From Octopus bimaculoides (Eukaryota): a stretch of 64,000 nt of DNA. The DNA lies in contig NC_068983.1 of assembly GCF_001194135.2 (NCBI RefSeq), positions 14,389,767 to 14,453,766 of the forward strand. The letters run 5' to 3'. Shown here piece by piece: positions 1 to 12,560 of this stretch. Every line of letters starts with the position of its first letter. Positions within the stretch are counted from its first letter, which is position 1. The notes beneath the pieces are model-generated. The model did no database searches. It was not told the origin of the DNA and worked only from the letters and a program-made list of their open reading frames with translations. The position numbers and the translations under genes were made by a program.

Positions 1-917
1 CTATTTATCAGAAGACTATGACGCCATTTTGAAAGCATTACATAAATAAAACTTGTTCTCAGGGGATATACAAATAGAATACTCAACACGATAATCTCTT
101 ACAAGATATGTTTTGACATTTTGAAAACTTTACAGATTACATCAGCCATTTGATATTTTTTGCTACTTATACTCGTTCTTACCAGACAAATTCTCAGAGA
201 CAATAAATCTTAATAAATATTCTTCTGTAAATTACTTTGGGTTTCCAGTATGGGAAGCTGAACTTACTTCCACCGTTGATTCGAAACTTTAAAAGTTAAC
301 ATAATACGCTTAGTGTAAGTAACATGAAATATGAAAACGAAAAGGAAAAAAATTAATAAAATGCACTACACTGAAGAATGTTGGGGTTTATATAATCTTT
401 GACGCTCACCTGGATATTTTTAAATATATGGTTATAATATTTTCCTGTTCACGACCTTCCTATAGAAGTGAATCGATAATTCTTGTCAGGAAATGTATTT
501 TATATTTATGATTCACGCTTGTCTGCATCTACAGCCTGAATTTACACAATTCTTCATTTTGATATTTTCTGTTACTGTAATTTGCTATTTGGTATCAGTC
601 CTGAAGTGACTTGACATGATTATTCCAAGTTATTCATGTGAGGAAATCTAAAAAGTTGGATTAAGTTGATGTGACAGGATGGTCACTTAACGAAAATGTT
701 AGGTGAAACTATTGGTATGGATTGCTAAATATTGTATTAATACTCAAATCTAACACATTCATGAAGTTTCTTGTTCAGTGGAGCTTTCAGTGACAGGTAG
801 AATTTTAATCTTTTCCTGAGTTTAGATAGGAAAATGCCAAGAATTTAAGATTATGTCGCGAAGTATTTGCTGTTCACTTCAGAAATAGATTTGCTTTAAT
901 TAAATATTCCATAATTA

Positions 918-2374
918 CGAGGTGCATTCCAGAAGTTTTGAGACTTTTCCAGGAGAGATATTTATTAATTTCAGAGCAGTACAAAACTTTAATCGTTTCC
1001 AAAGTAGGATCATCTGACTTTAATATACGTGTTGTAGCGCTCCAGCCACTTTACGAAGGCTTCAAACTGAAGTTGTCCGCGACCAGTTGTCCGGGACCAG
1101 TCACAACCTCCTTCACCTCCTTCAGATTGTGGCACAACCAGATGTCACAAGAAGCAAGATTTTGAGTGGAGGGAGAGTGAAGGACAGTTTTGATGCCAAT
1201 CTCTGTCGAGTAGTTGGATACCAGGATGGAAATTAAGATTGGTGTATTATCCTGGTGCTGGTGTCACCGACTCGAGGGGAAGAGTTTTTGAGTTTTGCTT
1301 CGTAACGTTTTGCTGAACTCTATTTCCATAAAGATTTCTTTGTCAATCGTATGCCCAAAGGGAACCCACTGGATTTAGATGGTGCACTTGGTGTTGAAAA
1401 AGGGGAATCATCATGGGATTCCCGGTGGACGTATCTTGCATGACTCTCTTTGTTCGGTGAAAACAAGATTGTCAATTTTTGTAAACATCTGTACGCGATT
1501 TCTTTTAAGATGCAGAGATTACCGATCACAATAATCACGTAGTTCTTGACTGATAAATTTGGGTCTAAATATATGGAAGATATATTGATGCCTCTAGGGA
1601 TGCACAGTTACTCGATTCTTGATACCTTTAAAACAAGATGCTTCCGTTGGGTCCTATGTCTCTTGGTCTCTGAATCTTATCAACAGATGGCGCTTTCGTG
1701 ACCAGAGTCTCAACTACTCATGGATTGAAGGTAATGAGATCGGCCAACTCCCTGCTGGCACCAACGCGTCTTCCATTCTGTTCACCACTGAGCATCCCGG
1801 AACAAACTCTGCACAAAATTCTGGCACGCTCAGATCTTCACGAGCAATTCTATGTATATTTTCCTCACCAACTTCAAACCGTATGCTTATTTTTGACGGT
1901 CTTTATCTTGAGAATTACGAATGTTTTCAACAAAGTTCTGATGTTCTGACGTCCCTCTCTCTTTCTCACACCTCTCATAATCTCTCACCACCTCTCTACC
2001 GCCTTTAAACCTTCTCTTGTGCCAGCGATAAACAAATGTTGCTCATGCAAGTTAATCCATAAGCAGCTCGGAGCATTTCATAAGTTTCTGTAACGCTTGT
2101 GACCAGTTTAACGCAAAGGATTAATGAATAGCAATTACCAAATTATCTTCACGTCCCGACTGCATTCTGCAATCTAGTCATCTGCGACAAGAAGTGTTTA
2201 TTAGGGCGTATTCAAAATACTGTTACATACGTTTATTTCAGTCTGGAATAAAGATAATTTGGCAGGTCAGCTTATTAAATGCATAGTAATGGTTTACCAA
2301 ATTTACAATAACCTAGAACAGTTATAATTGTCTCTCTTAAAAAAAAAGTGTCAAAACTTCTGGAATGCACATCG
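918..2374 (-). mobile_element. Full-length but decayed Tc1/mariner (mariner-type) DNA transposon
   Basis: TIRs CGAGGTGCATTCCAGAAGTTTTGAGACTTTT (from 918) and AAAAGTGTCAAAACTTCTGGAATGCACATCG (to 2374), each flanked by TA (916-917, 2375-2376). Minus-strand frames give broken transposase motifs: FCVKL..TETYEMLRAAYG, HRIAREDLS..CAEFVP, MMIPLFNTK..QWVP, HQDNTP, SxxLASCDIWL. Removing the internal insert plus one TSD copy leaves about 1287 bp, the canonical mariner size. Confidence 0.9.
1470..1629 (-). mobile_element. 160-bp insertion inside the mariner, possibly an L2-like RT fragment
   Basis: Flanked by the direct repeat AAAACAAGAT (1460-1469, 1630-1639) and interrupts the transposase right after QRKHL. 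The minus frame IYLDPNLSVKNYVIIVIGN..ILKEIA resembles the L2/Crack RT segment GVxFDSxLSxxxHI..LRNI. Confidence 0.55.
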
Positions 2375-2997
2375 TATGGGTGCCTAAATTTCTTACCGTT
2401 CTGAGTGGAAGAATCTAACATTTCGGAGCAAATTGCCAGATAGAAGTGAAACAGAATGGAATGAAAGTGTTGAATATTAGGTTTTGGAAGTAAGTGAGGA
2501 AATGATTTCAGCGAAGAGCGATGAAGAGAGTGTTGTACGGGATGAGGTTTCAGAGGGAAAGATTGCTGCCATGAGTCGCTGACACGAGGAATAAAACATG
2601 GAATGAGTTAATTAGCGAGTGGGAGATTGGTTAGTGAAGACTGGTGTGCAAGGAGGCCTATACAATCTGGCTGGCAGTATACTGACGTTAACCAGTAAAG
2701 GATATAATATACTCAGAATTATATATGTTCATGTAAACAAACCAGACCAGTACGCATGGCATAGGAAGACATGGAGATGAGAGAGAGGGATGGAGAAGGG
2801 GAAGAGCTTGGTGTACCACTAGTAGCTGCCATTTGTACTTTCACCTTGATGAGGGATCAGAAAATTGCAAGTGTCTATGTATTAAGCTAAACTAAAAAAA
2901 TATTCACGGTACCAGCTTAGTGTTCGGTGAAAACAGAAAGAAACAGTGATCGTGAGAAAGAGATGAGGATAGAGAGAGAGAGAGAGAAGGAGAGAGA

Positions 2998-3028
<31 letters not shown>

Positions 3029-3075
3029 TCTTATATCAACGAAGAGTTTATAATTGTTCGACCTTTTAGAAAAAG

Positions 3076-3119
<44 letters not shown>

Positions 3120-3756
3120 TGGGCATTGTATCTAAGATAAGCCACACTCGAAAAGGAAAAAAAACATGGGATGATCACTGGTGAAATGCTTTTGATCATG
3201 CAGAATCCATCGGATAAACAATCTATCGACTGTAGATACTTCTGTTTAAACCACTAATTATTTATATACACTGCATATATTTACATTGTATAAAATTATT
3301 ATTTCTGATCTCATTTTCTTATCAGTGATGTTTAATCCACTCAATTTCAAGTTTCTTGTTACACATTTAAGTATAGCTTTCAAAAATTTAGTTTTTGTAT
3401 ATTTTTTTCCGGCGCCCACAAGAGAAAAACATGATGATGTTCGAACATCTGGTATCGATATCTTTTTAATCGGCAATTTCATTTCATATGTAACAAAAAA
3501 ATATTATTTGATGTTTTTTGTGCTTAAATTTCACATTTTCATCAATGTTTGGTTATGTGCGATAATTAGTTATGGATGTGACTTCATCTGGGTAAATGTT
3601 TGTAATTAATCCACGAGTTTGCATTCTACTGATTGTTAACGGAAATAAGTTGTTTCATCCAAGAATGGTGAATTTCAGAACATTTTCAACAATATTTATA
3701 TACATTTATCAAAAACCTATGCTGTTTTCAGTGTTAGTCAATGCTGACACCGATTA

Positions 3757-4133
3757 GTTGTTGTTGTTGGCACTCCGTCGCTTACGACGTCGAGAGTGCC
3801 AGTTGATCCGATCAACGGAACAGCCTGCTAGTGAAATTAACGTGCAAGTGGCTGAGCACTCCACAGACACGTGTACCCTTAACGTAGTTCTCGGGGATAT
3901 TCAGCGTAACACAGTGTGACAAGGCTGGCCCTTTGTATTAAAGGCACAACAGAAACAGGAAGTACGAGAGAGTTGTGGGGAAAGAGTACAACAGGGTTCG
4001 CCACCATCGGACCCTCATGGAACTTTAGGTGTTTTCGCTCAATAAACACTCACAACGGCCGGTCTGGGAATCGAAACCGCGATCCTATGACTGCGTGTCC
4101 GCTGCCCTAACCACTGGGCCATTGCGTCTCCAC
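3757..4133 (-). mobile_element. tRNA-derived SINE family A, full length
   Basis: Minus-strand head with A box TGGCCCAGTGG and B box GGTTTCGATTCCC, (CAA)n tail, 13-bp TSD CTGACACCGATTA (3744-3756, 4133-4145). Six copies in the window. Confidence 0.9.
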
Positions 4134-5526
4134 TGACACCGATTAATAAATTAAGAAAATATATGTCTCCGTCTAAAACTATAGTAAGGCTTCATTACAT
4201 TTCATGTATGTAGTTGGGTCATTTCAAACTAAGAATCATTGTCAAACTTTCTAACATGTTAAAATGAAGGCATTAAACCTTCCATAATACTGTTATGCTG
4301 TAAATTCTAAAAGACAAGCGTAATTATTGGACTCATTTCCACGTTTCGATGGAAGCACATTGCTCAAATTTCCTGTTACACAAACTGAAAAGACTGCAAG
4401 GTTTAATTCTTAAACTATTCTATCATACCACAACTATCTGAATAATATCGGGTAGCAGTGAGTGTGACTCCTTCAGATATTGTTGGATAATTCGTCGAAC
4501 AAAACCGAGCAAATGAAGTTACAACTTCATTAAAAACCTATATTTTGTTTATTTCCGACCTTAATTATAAAACTCTGCAGTGGAAATAGCCTTGAGAATA
4601 TTTCATGAACAAATTAATCTTCTCTCCAATGAGCTACTCCATTCCCTATTGTTTTCGGATGGCTGAAATATTCCTCCTCCTTGCCTAAAGGACGAAATAC
4701 ATAATTAAATATCAACGAAGAGAGATAGTCTGATTGTTAAATTTCAGTGAAATGACAATGTACTGGTAAAAGAGAAATGTTAGTTTGATAGTTAAATAAC
4801 AATAAAGACGCTTCTATATAAAAGTGGCTAACAAATTTGGCTGTTCAATGGGAAAAGGAAATAGATAAGGCGAGGCGATTCTTGTGGCAAATAGTGCAGA
4901 GAAATCTATTAGTTAAAGTTATACACAATATATAATCAAAATAATTTGGCTTCTATTATTTGTTCTTTTTCTGTTGTTGTTGTGTTAGGTGTGCTGATTT
5001 AATCAACCCATTTTAGATTTAGCACTTGAACAACTGTTGACTAAATTTTCCCCATTTATTTGTTCCTTTGATTTGGGCACTAAACGTAATCTTCATTCAC
5101 GTGGAGATGTCATAAGTAAAGCAACAGCATACATTTTTTAAAATTGTTTTACTCATTGGAAGAAGAGTAAAGCCCACGAGCTTTTGTAAAGCAGTAGACA
5201 CATGTAGAAATGTTAAGAAGAGAGACAGAATCCCCTACATCAGTAACTGAATAAGAAAGAAACACGTCAATATATTGAAAACACTTAAGATACTTTTGCT
5301 TGCATGAGAAAAGAAAGCATTAACGCACAAAAGCAGAGAAGTGATGTTCCCCGGGGTTTTACAAAGTGGCAGCATCAGTAGAGTGTTTGACAAAGGAATG
5401 TCTTCTTCGGCATTAAATTACATTTATTTCAATTCCTATGTTCACAGCCGAGGGTTGAATTTACTTTACACCTTCTGAGGTAAATCCAATACACGGGTGG
5501 TTGATATGATGGATTATAGTCCATAC

Positions 5527-5630
5527 CACAGGTGTGGCAGTGTGGTAAGAAGCTTGCTTGCGAACCACATGGCTTCGGGTTAACTCCCACTTTGTTGCAC
5601 ATTGGGTAAGTGTTTTCTACTATAACCTAC
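5527..5630 (+). mobile_element. SINE family B, 5' fragment
   Basis: GTGGTAAGAAGCTTGCTT..AACCACATGG head, matching the full copies at 38196, 47024 and 50078. Confidence 0.7.
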
Positions 5631-5638
5631 TCGACACG

Positions 5639-5815
5639 TTGGGTAAAACTTTTCCTTGTATATATTTCGCCATTTACAAAGATGATGCTCTAGCTTTAAC
5701 CACAAACACCAATGGACCTGCACAAGATTGGTTTAGGAAGGACATTATCCAAATCATGAAAACATTCGATCTTAGCATAATAATAGATACCAACCTGACG
5801 GTTGTCAATTTCCTG
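5639..5815 (+). pseudogene. Penelope-like element reverse transcriptase fragment
   Basis: LGKTFPCIYFAIYKDDALALTTNTNGPAQDWFRKDIIQIMKTFDLSIIIDTNLTVVNFL matches the PLE RT pattern YRDD..G..DxxRKDII..F...L.I.I.TNL..VNFLD. Confidence 0.75.
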
Positions 5816-7084
5816 CCAATCGAGGGTTGTCGATCGACTGTCAATTTCATAATTTTTACGTAAATTGTTGTTAACATTTAGTCAGAAGGAAAGGCAATAC
5901 TCATAACTCTTTATTGTGGTTTCGAGACTGGCCAGTTGGAGGTAAGGCGGAAGAGATCATCAAATCAGGGACCGTTTTATACTTTTAGTCAGAAGGAAAT
6001 GTAATGCACAGAACCCTATACAGAGCCACCTGGTGGGGAACCCTGTATAGTGGGCCCTTTGTGGAAGCCCTGTGTAGGGTTATGGTACCTGGTGGGCGGG
6101 ACAGAAGAAAATATCCTCAAACCGGAAACCATGCTTCCAACAGAGTAAAGTAGGGGGTGGGGTGGGTGCTGTGGGTGTTGTGGGTGTTGTGGGTGGGGTA
6201 GGTTACGGACGAATGCTTGCATCAGAGTTAGTGTTAGTATTTAACTGGGTTAAGTCTACCAATTTATAGGCCGTGATGAAATTTGAATTCAGAACGCAAA
6301 ACTACCGGAAGAAATACCTCAAGGCATTCGGTTTGACTGTTTTGCAATTCCACAATCACATTCGCAATGATGGTGCGCATGCGTATGTATTTTTGGCAAT
6401 TTGGGCAGGTCAGATGTCCTTTATCTCCTGTCCAAGCAGGATCTGATACCCTCCTGCTTCCTTCTGTTCAGTCCAGCGAAGTACAGTCTTCGGGAGAACG
6501 ATTTGATAATTCTTCAACAGACAGCCAACGTGAACTTCGACAGACCTAACAAATAGCAAAATTATAAAAAAATATAATACAAGGTAAGATTCAGTGATAC
6601 AGAAATGTACGTATGAGATATTGACATACTGTAAATATCGGTTCTCGTCTAACCATCGGAGTTAATCCTTTTGCCTATCCAAAGCGTTTTGATAACTTCG
6701 TCCTAAACGTCCAAGGTTGATTTCATTCGTTTAAATAACCCTTGTTTCAAACGCTTTTAGTAATATAAAGCTTTCCCCTCATAAGTCTCACATTCCTCTG
6801 GTGATTGACAAAAATTAGCAATGTTTATCATACATAATGCACAGACGCCAGGGAAATATATCCTATGTGTCACATGATACCAAATACTGGTGAGTTAAGA
6901 AAGGAAGCCTCTATATGGTCTCTGAACCTGCTCGAAACAGAAGCAACATCACTCAAATAACAAGCGAAATTATACAAAAGGGAAAAGACAAACCGGTAAT
7001 ACAATGTTAGAAAATTTATGCGGCAAAAATATTGCAGTGTCTAGGGTAAAACATCTTTGATTAGACTTAATGGGAACTAAGCGC

Positions 7085-7136
7085 CACCACAGCTACTACA
7101 ACCACAACGACGACGACGAGGATGACGATGACCACC

Positions 7137-7168
<32 letters not shown>

Positions 7169-7210
7169 CAGCAACACTATGAAAAACGGCAGGAGCAGCA
7201 ACATCAACAA
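7085..7210. repeat. Compound trinucleotide microsatellite (CAC/CAA/GAC)
   Basis: Seen directly; it produces the poly-H/Q/D ORF at 7070. Confidence 0.9.
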
Positions 7211-7686
7211 CTTCGAATATTGAAACACTCTCAACTGAAAGTTAGAAAAAAATATAATTTTCTGTTGTTTTCTCTTTCCACTCAAAGGATTATAATTTGT
7301 ATTGTATGTTTTCCTTCTTACAAAAAAAAAATCAGAAAAGAATACTATTTTCTAATCTAATCTTGTCTTGTCAAGATTGTTGTCTATTCAGCATTTTTTA
7401 TTGCGTTTTAGCTGAGTTCAGCATAAAGAACCTCTGACTATTAGAAAAGTTGATATTTGAAAGAGCATTCATGCTTACTTGGAGGGGACAAGCAAGAAAT
7501 ACTTGCTGCATAATGGGATTAGAAGCGCTGTGAATCAAATTTATCAACATAAAGACGGCTATTTCATTTTAAATAGAAATTTATTCAAACACACACAACC
7601 CCCACGAATATACACAAGCAGACATCGGCATACACGCATGCAAGCACGCACTTATACATACGCAAATAAAAGCATACAGATATCTC

Positions 7687-7731
<45 letters not shown>

Positions 7732-8429
7732 CCATTACAGCAAAGACTATGACTCAATGCGATTTTATATGTAGAGTAATGTAATTTATCATATAAACAG
7801 CGGTAGACATTTATATGTTCCAAATCTATTACTTACATACACAGACATACATACACAGACACAGACGCACACTCACACACACATGTGCACGCACGCACGT
7901 ACACATATGCCTTGTAGCATTCATTGATGGCATCTTCTTTTTCTTTGTGAGTGTAAAAGCCGATCGCTCTTAATACATACTTGCGGCGAAATTCGTACGG
8001 CACAAATAGTTGTATCACTAATATAATTTGTTAGATAAGATTCTTATAAAATAGGTATTACGTTTCGTCTAGGGTGGGGGATATTTGCTTTGTAAGAGTA
8101 AATTTTATCAAATAAAATAGTGTATTTACTATACAATTGTACCTGGTGGTACGTTTTCTTCTCACCAAATATCACTACGTACTTATGCACGTAAGTATGT
8201 GAGAATACGTACATAAATATTTCGGAAGTAAATAGACGGCCCTCATTATGACCTTTTACCAGTTCGGACAGTACTCATTAGTATGATGAAGAAACGAAAT
8301 AAATCATTGAAAAGTGAATAAGGCATGTCTTCTAAATACTATATTACGTATTTAAATGCATCAAATTACAATATTTTATTTCTACTAAAAATCTTTCAAA
8401 ATGATTATGTCTATTTACATTTGAGGTGT

Positions 8430-8430
8430 C

Positions 8431-8485
<55 letters not shown>

Positions 8486-8605
8486 GTTTGTCTGTCTGTC
8501 TTTCTGTCTGTCTGTCTGTCTGTCAGTCAATATATCTGCCTTTCTGTCTGTCTAACTATCTGCCTTTCTGTCTGTGTTTCTGTCTGTCTATCAGTCTGTC
8601 TGTGT
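8430..8605. repeat. (ATCT)n/(GTCT)n microsatellite
   Basis: Seen directly. Confidence 0.95.
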
Positions 8606-8615
8606 GTCTTAAATT

Positions 8616-9283
8616 AGAATGACATTAATAGTGACTTCGAAGATTCGGCCAGTTAAGCCATCATCGCACTTAATGCACGTCTGCTGAGTAAAAAGCAGCT
8701 TCCTCTACTTAGCTACTTCCTTTCTGTGAACCACTAAAAAGCAATCCCAAGAGCTGAAGCTGACACCCCTACATATACACACCTGCTCTACATCCATGAA
8801 TAAATTTCGAACATAACCCTAAATTTAATCAATTAAGCTTTTTCCAGTGCATCTTTTCATTATAATTCACAAAAACCAAATTAATGACCGAGCTTCAATC
8901 GAACCTACATTCCCCTACCCCAAATGTTTTGTCTCAACAGAGACTGTATAAAGCCAAGATTAACTTCAATGCATCACCGTCCGATGATAGCTTACCTGGT
9001 CGAATCTTCGAAGTCACTAAGGCGGTGAGCTGGTAGAATCGTTAGCACGCCAGGCGAAATGCTTAGCGGTATTTTGTCTGCCGCTACGTTCTCAGTTCAA
9101 TTTCCGCCGAGGTCGACTTAGCCTTTCATCCTTTCGGGGGTCGATTAAATAAGTACCAGTTATGCACTGGGGTCGATGTAATCGACTTAATCCCTTTGTC
9201 TGTCCTTGTTTGTCCCCTCTATGTTTAGCCCCTTGTGGGCAATAAAGAAATAAGAATCTTCGAAGATACTATCAATACTATTC
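8616..9283. mobile_element. MITE-like element with 41-bp or longer TIRs, its right TIR interrupted by a SINE
   Basis: 8629-8669 TAGTGACTTCGAAGATTCGGCCAGTTAAGCCATCATCGCAC matches the reverse complement of 8979-9019 at 37/41. The similarity continues outward past the SINE TSD. Another terminus of the same family lies at 46878-46915. Confidence 0.7.
9020..9253 (+). mobile_element. SINE family C, tail type 1 (Meta/MESC-like central domain)
   Basis: Head GGCGGTGAGCTGG..GTTAGCACGCC, central CCTTTCATCCTTTCGGGGTCGATTAAATAAGTACCAG, imperfect 18-bp TSD GAATCTTCGAAG(TC/AT)ACTA (9002-9019, 9254-9271). The domain name is from memory and needs a database check. Confidence 0.85.
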
Positions 9284-9388
9284 TTGTTAGAATGATAAAT
9301 TTGTATTCATCAATGGAGTTATCCTACGCGCGCGCGCACACGCACACACACACACATATTGTGATAATTTACAAAAAAACAAACAAAA

Positions 9389-9483
9389 CAAAAGACGAAG
9401 ACGGGTGGGTAAACAACAAACAGATGTATTAGTTTAACGCTCGAGAAGTGAGAAACTCTTTTACGTTTCGAGCCTACGCTCTT

Positions 9484-9484
<1 letters not shown>
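9389..9484 (-). mobile_element. Penelope-like terminal repeat family G, truncated, with partial hammerhead-like motif
   Basis: Homologous to 19035-19165 and 29220-29385. The minus strand reads GAGC-GTAG-GCTC-GAAAC-GTA-AAAG; the 5' core is lost at a (TA)n tract. Confidence 0.7.
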
Positions 9485-9514
<30 letters not shown>

Positions 9515-10023
9515 ATTACATTAAAACAATGTAAAGTGTGTGCATTTTCCTTCTTTAATTTCTTATATATATATTACAACTTACCACGTGGGGATAATCG
9601 AAAGTCCTCCTTTTCTGTTACTATATATATAGTAACAAAAAAAAAAAAACCAAACAAACAAACACACAAACACTTTTTAGAGTTTTAAAGTTTTCTTGTA
9701 TGATTCTTATGGATGCCAGAAGGGGAATGTGAAAATAAATATGTGAACGAGTTGGATAGGAGGATGTACTGAATAATTCCAGTCAGTTGAAGGGTTACCA
9801 AAACTCATGGACACTTCATGTCTTGCAGCTCTGAATTACGCTGTGAAAATTCCTCACTCTGCTTACAAACACATACAAACAGAGTATTATGTTGATATTG
9901 CGACCATGCTGGTAAAATTATTGATATTAGTGATAGTGGTGAGAATGCTTATAACATTATTCTTGTTGGTGGCGTTCACAATATTGTTGCTGTTAAGTTT
10001 CAAGTCAATTTTCATTGACGTAA

Positions 10024-10411
10024 TGTTGTTGTTGGCACTCCGTCGCTTACGACGTCGAAGGTTCCAGTTGATCCGATCAACGGAACAGCCTGCTCATGAA
10101 ATTAACGTGCAAGTGGCCGAGCACTCCACAGACACGTGTACCCTTAACGTAGTTCTCAGGGATATTCAGCGTGACACAGTGTGACATGGCTGGCCCTTTG
10201 AATTACAGGCCGAACAGAAACAGGAAGTAAGAGTGAGAGAAAGTTGTGGTGAAAGAGTGCAGCAGGGTTCACCATCATCGCCCGCCGGAGCCTTGTGGAG
10301 CTTTAGGTGTTTTCGCTCAATAAACATTCACAACGCCTGGTCTGGGAATCGAAACCGCGATCCTATGATCGCGAGTCCGCTGCCCTAACCACCGGGCCAT
10401 TGCGCCTCCAC
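10024..10411 (-). mobile_element. SINE family A, full length
   Basis: Same sequence as 3757-4133; TSD TTCATTGAYGTAA (10011-10023, 10412-10424). Confidence 0.9.
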
Positions 10412-10894
10412 TTCATTGATGTAAAATCAGACATGTCATCCAGCATTGTAAATACATGAGAGTACAACATTATGTGACGTGAACGCTTATTTTTATTTCA
10501 GACAGATACAGTTGGTTATTTTGATTATACTATAGTTCTTGCTGTTATTGATCATTGAGAAGTTACAGCGCTGGAACTCACGGTGGTCGTATTGGTTGTT
10601 CTTTGATGCTACTTGTTTTGTGTTGATGACTGATACAGGTAGTGGTGGAAGACACTATTTTGGTTCAGTTAACTTCTTGTTATTCCGAGTTTTATTTGCA
10701 GGCACACAGGAACTTCAGGCAAGTAGTAACAACATGGATGTATGTAGATCCTGAATGCCTACAAGTGAAACCCATGGTAGCAAGACACTGACTTAACCAG
10801 AATTGACCTCTGCTATGACATTGTTTATCCTTTGTCCCGGCAGTTAAGAGTAAACGGACACACACTAACACACACGTACACAGACATACACACA

Positions 10895-11110
10895 CATAGT
10901 TATACATACATGTAGTTATACATACATATAGTTATACATACATATACGCATACGCACACATTCACACACAGAGTTATACATATATATACGCATACGTACA
11001 CACACACACAGAGTTACACATACATATACGCATACGTACACACACAGTCATACATACATATACGCACACATACACACAAAGAGTTATACATGCATATGCG
11101 CATACGTACA
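10895..11110. repeat. Minisatellite of about 36-40 bp units built from CA/TA microsatellite
   Basis: Recurrent AGTTATACATACATATACGCATACGTACACAC units, about 5-6 copies. Confidence 0.7.
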
Positions 11111-12382
11111 TATACGCGCGCGCACACACACTCACACAACTATACACACACACGTACAGATAGATATTCAGTGTGACTCAAGAAAATATACACAGGCACC
11201 ACACATAAATACTCTCAGTGTAGATTGCATTTGATATTCTGTAAGTGTTTATCGTAACATATACACGAACACTTGCACACACACACACGCACACACACAC
11301 ACACACGCGCATACACACAGACACACACACAAACAAACACACCCACAGACACACACACGCACCCGCGCTCACACACACACGGTGGCGCATTAATATGTAT
11401 GAAGCGGACAGTATTCTTATATTCAGTTTCATTTTAGTGAATGTTACATGTTATTTTTATCCTAAAACCCTTATGTTCTTACTTTCTTTCTCTTCCTTTA
11501 TTGCTCAACAACATGTATACATATACATTTATACATACATTATACACAAACACACATACACATACACGCATTCTCTTACACACACACACATTTATGTACA
11601 CAATTACATATATATGTGTGTGTGTGTGGGCACTTATACTTGTGTATGCTCTTTTTTCATTTTCATCTCATTTATTTAATTTGTAAATTAACTTTAACGC
11701 AGGTATGGTAGTTTAATGTAGCAGGCAGCTATGTTATTTAATGCTGAATTGCTAGTTTCCTCGCGGACAAAAGCTGTTTCTGTAGAGTTACAATAACAGA
11801 CTCGCTCCATTATCGACCCAGCCTTGGCGTCGTGCTGACGACCAAATTTAACTTTCTTGGATTCTGTTGCACAACGTGACTAAATTTTAGTGCTGTATTC
11901 ATTTAACATTCTTGCTCAATTCTACTTCCCTACCATTACTGACAGCCAACATCTTTAAACACAGAGATTTTTCTATTCATATAATGCTTTCGTTTTGGCA
12001 GCGTTTTACAAAGAGAACGGCAGGAAAATGAAAATGACATAAGATTTTTGTGGCGGTAATGCTATTTGTAGGAGAATAATACCACGATAGAGTGGTTTAA
12101 CATTATTAAGGTTTCTGAACAAGACAAACACTTCGCCTATAGTTTAGACATAAAATATTGTGATCAAAATAACTATTAATGGTAGCTAGGAATTACTAGT
12201 GTCCGATACGTTAGGACGCTTACTTAGAAACAGAATGTCTGATTATCGTTTATGTTGTTGTTGTTGTTATAAACATTGTTGTTGTAGTTCTTGTTGTTTT
12301 AGCTGTTGTTTAACTGCGAGTCAGCTGACGTTACTCATCGATTGCAATTACATTTTAAGACGCCCCGCTTATGGCAATTCCA

Positions 12383-12560
12383 AGCGTAGGCGTAGCTGAC
12401 TGGTTAAGAAGCTTGCCTCTCGACCATATGGTATTGGGTTCAGTCCCATTGTCATGGCAAGCTTGTTCGCCTAATAACTCTGAGCCGATAAAAACATTAT
12501 CAGTTGATTTGGTAGATAGAAACTGAAAGAAACTGTCACTTATATACATGTATGTGGGTG
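12383..12560 (+). mobile_element. SINE family B, diverged 5' half
   Basis: GGTTAAGAAGCTTGCC..GGGTTCAGTCCCA..GATTTGGTAGATAGAAACTGAAAGAAAC. Confidence 0.75.

Noticed and set aside
2909-2926. 15-bp identity with 1451-1465 (TGTTCGGTGAAAACA)
   Set aside because: Isolated short match with no extended homology; plausibly chance.
6400-6560. Possible minus-strand exon after a strong pyrimidine tract
   Set aside because: The open frame ends in a stop after about 45 codons, there is no recognisable protein and no partner exon.
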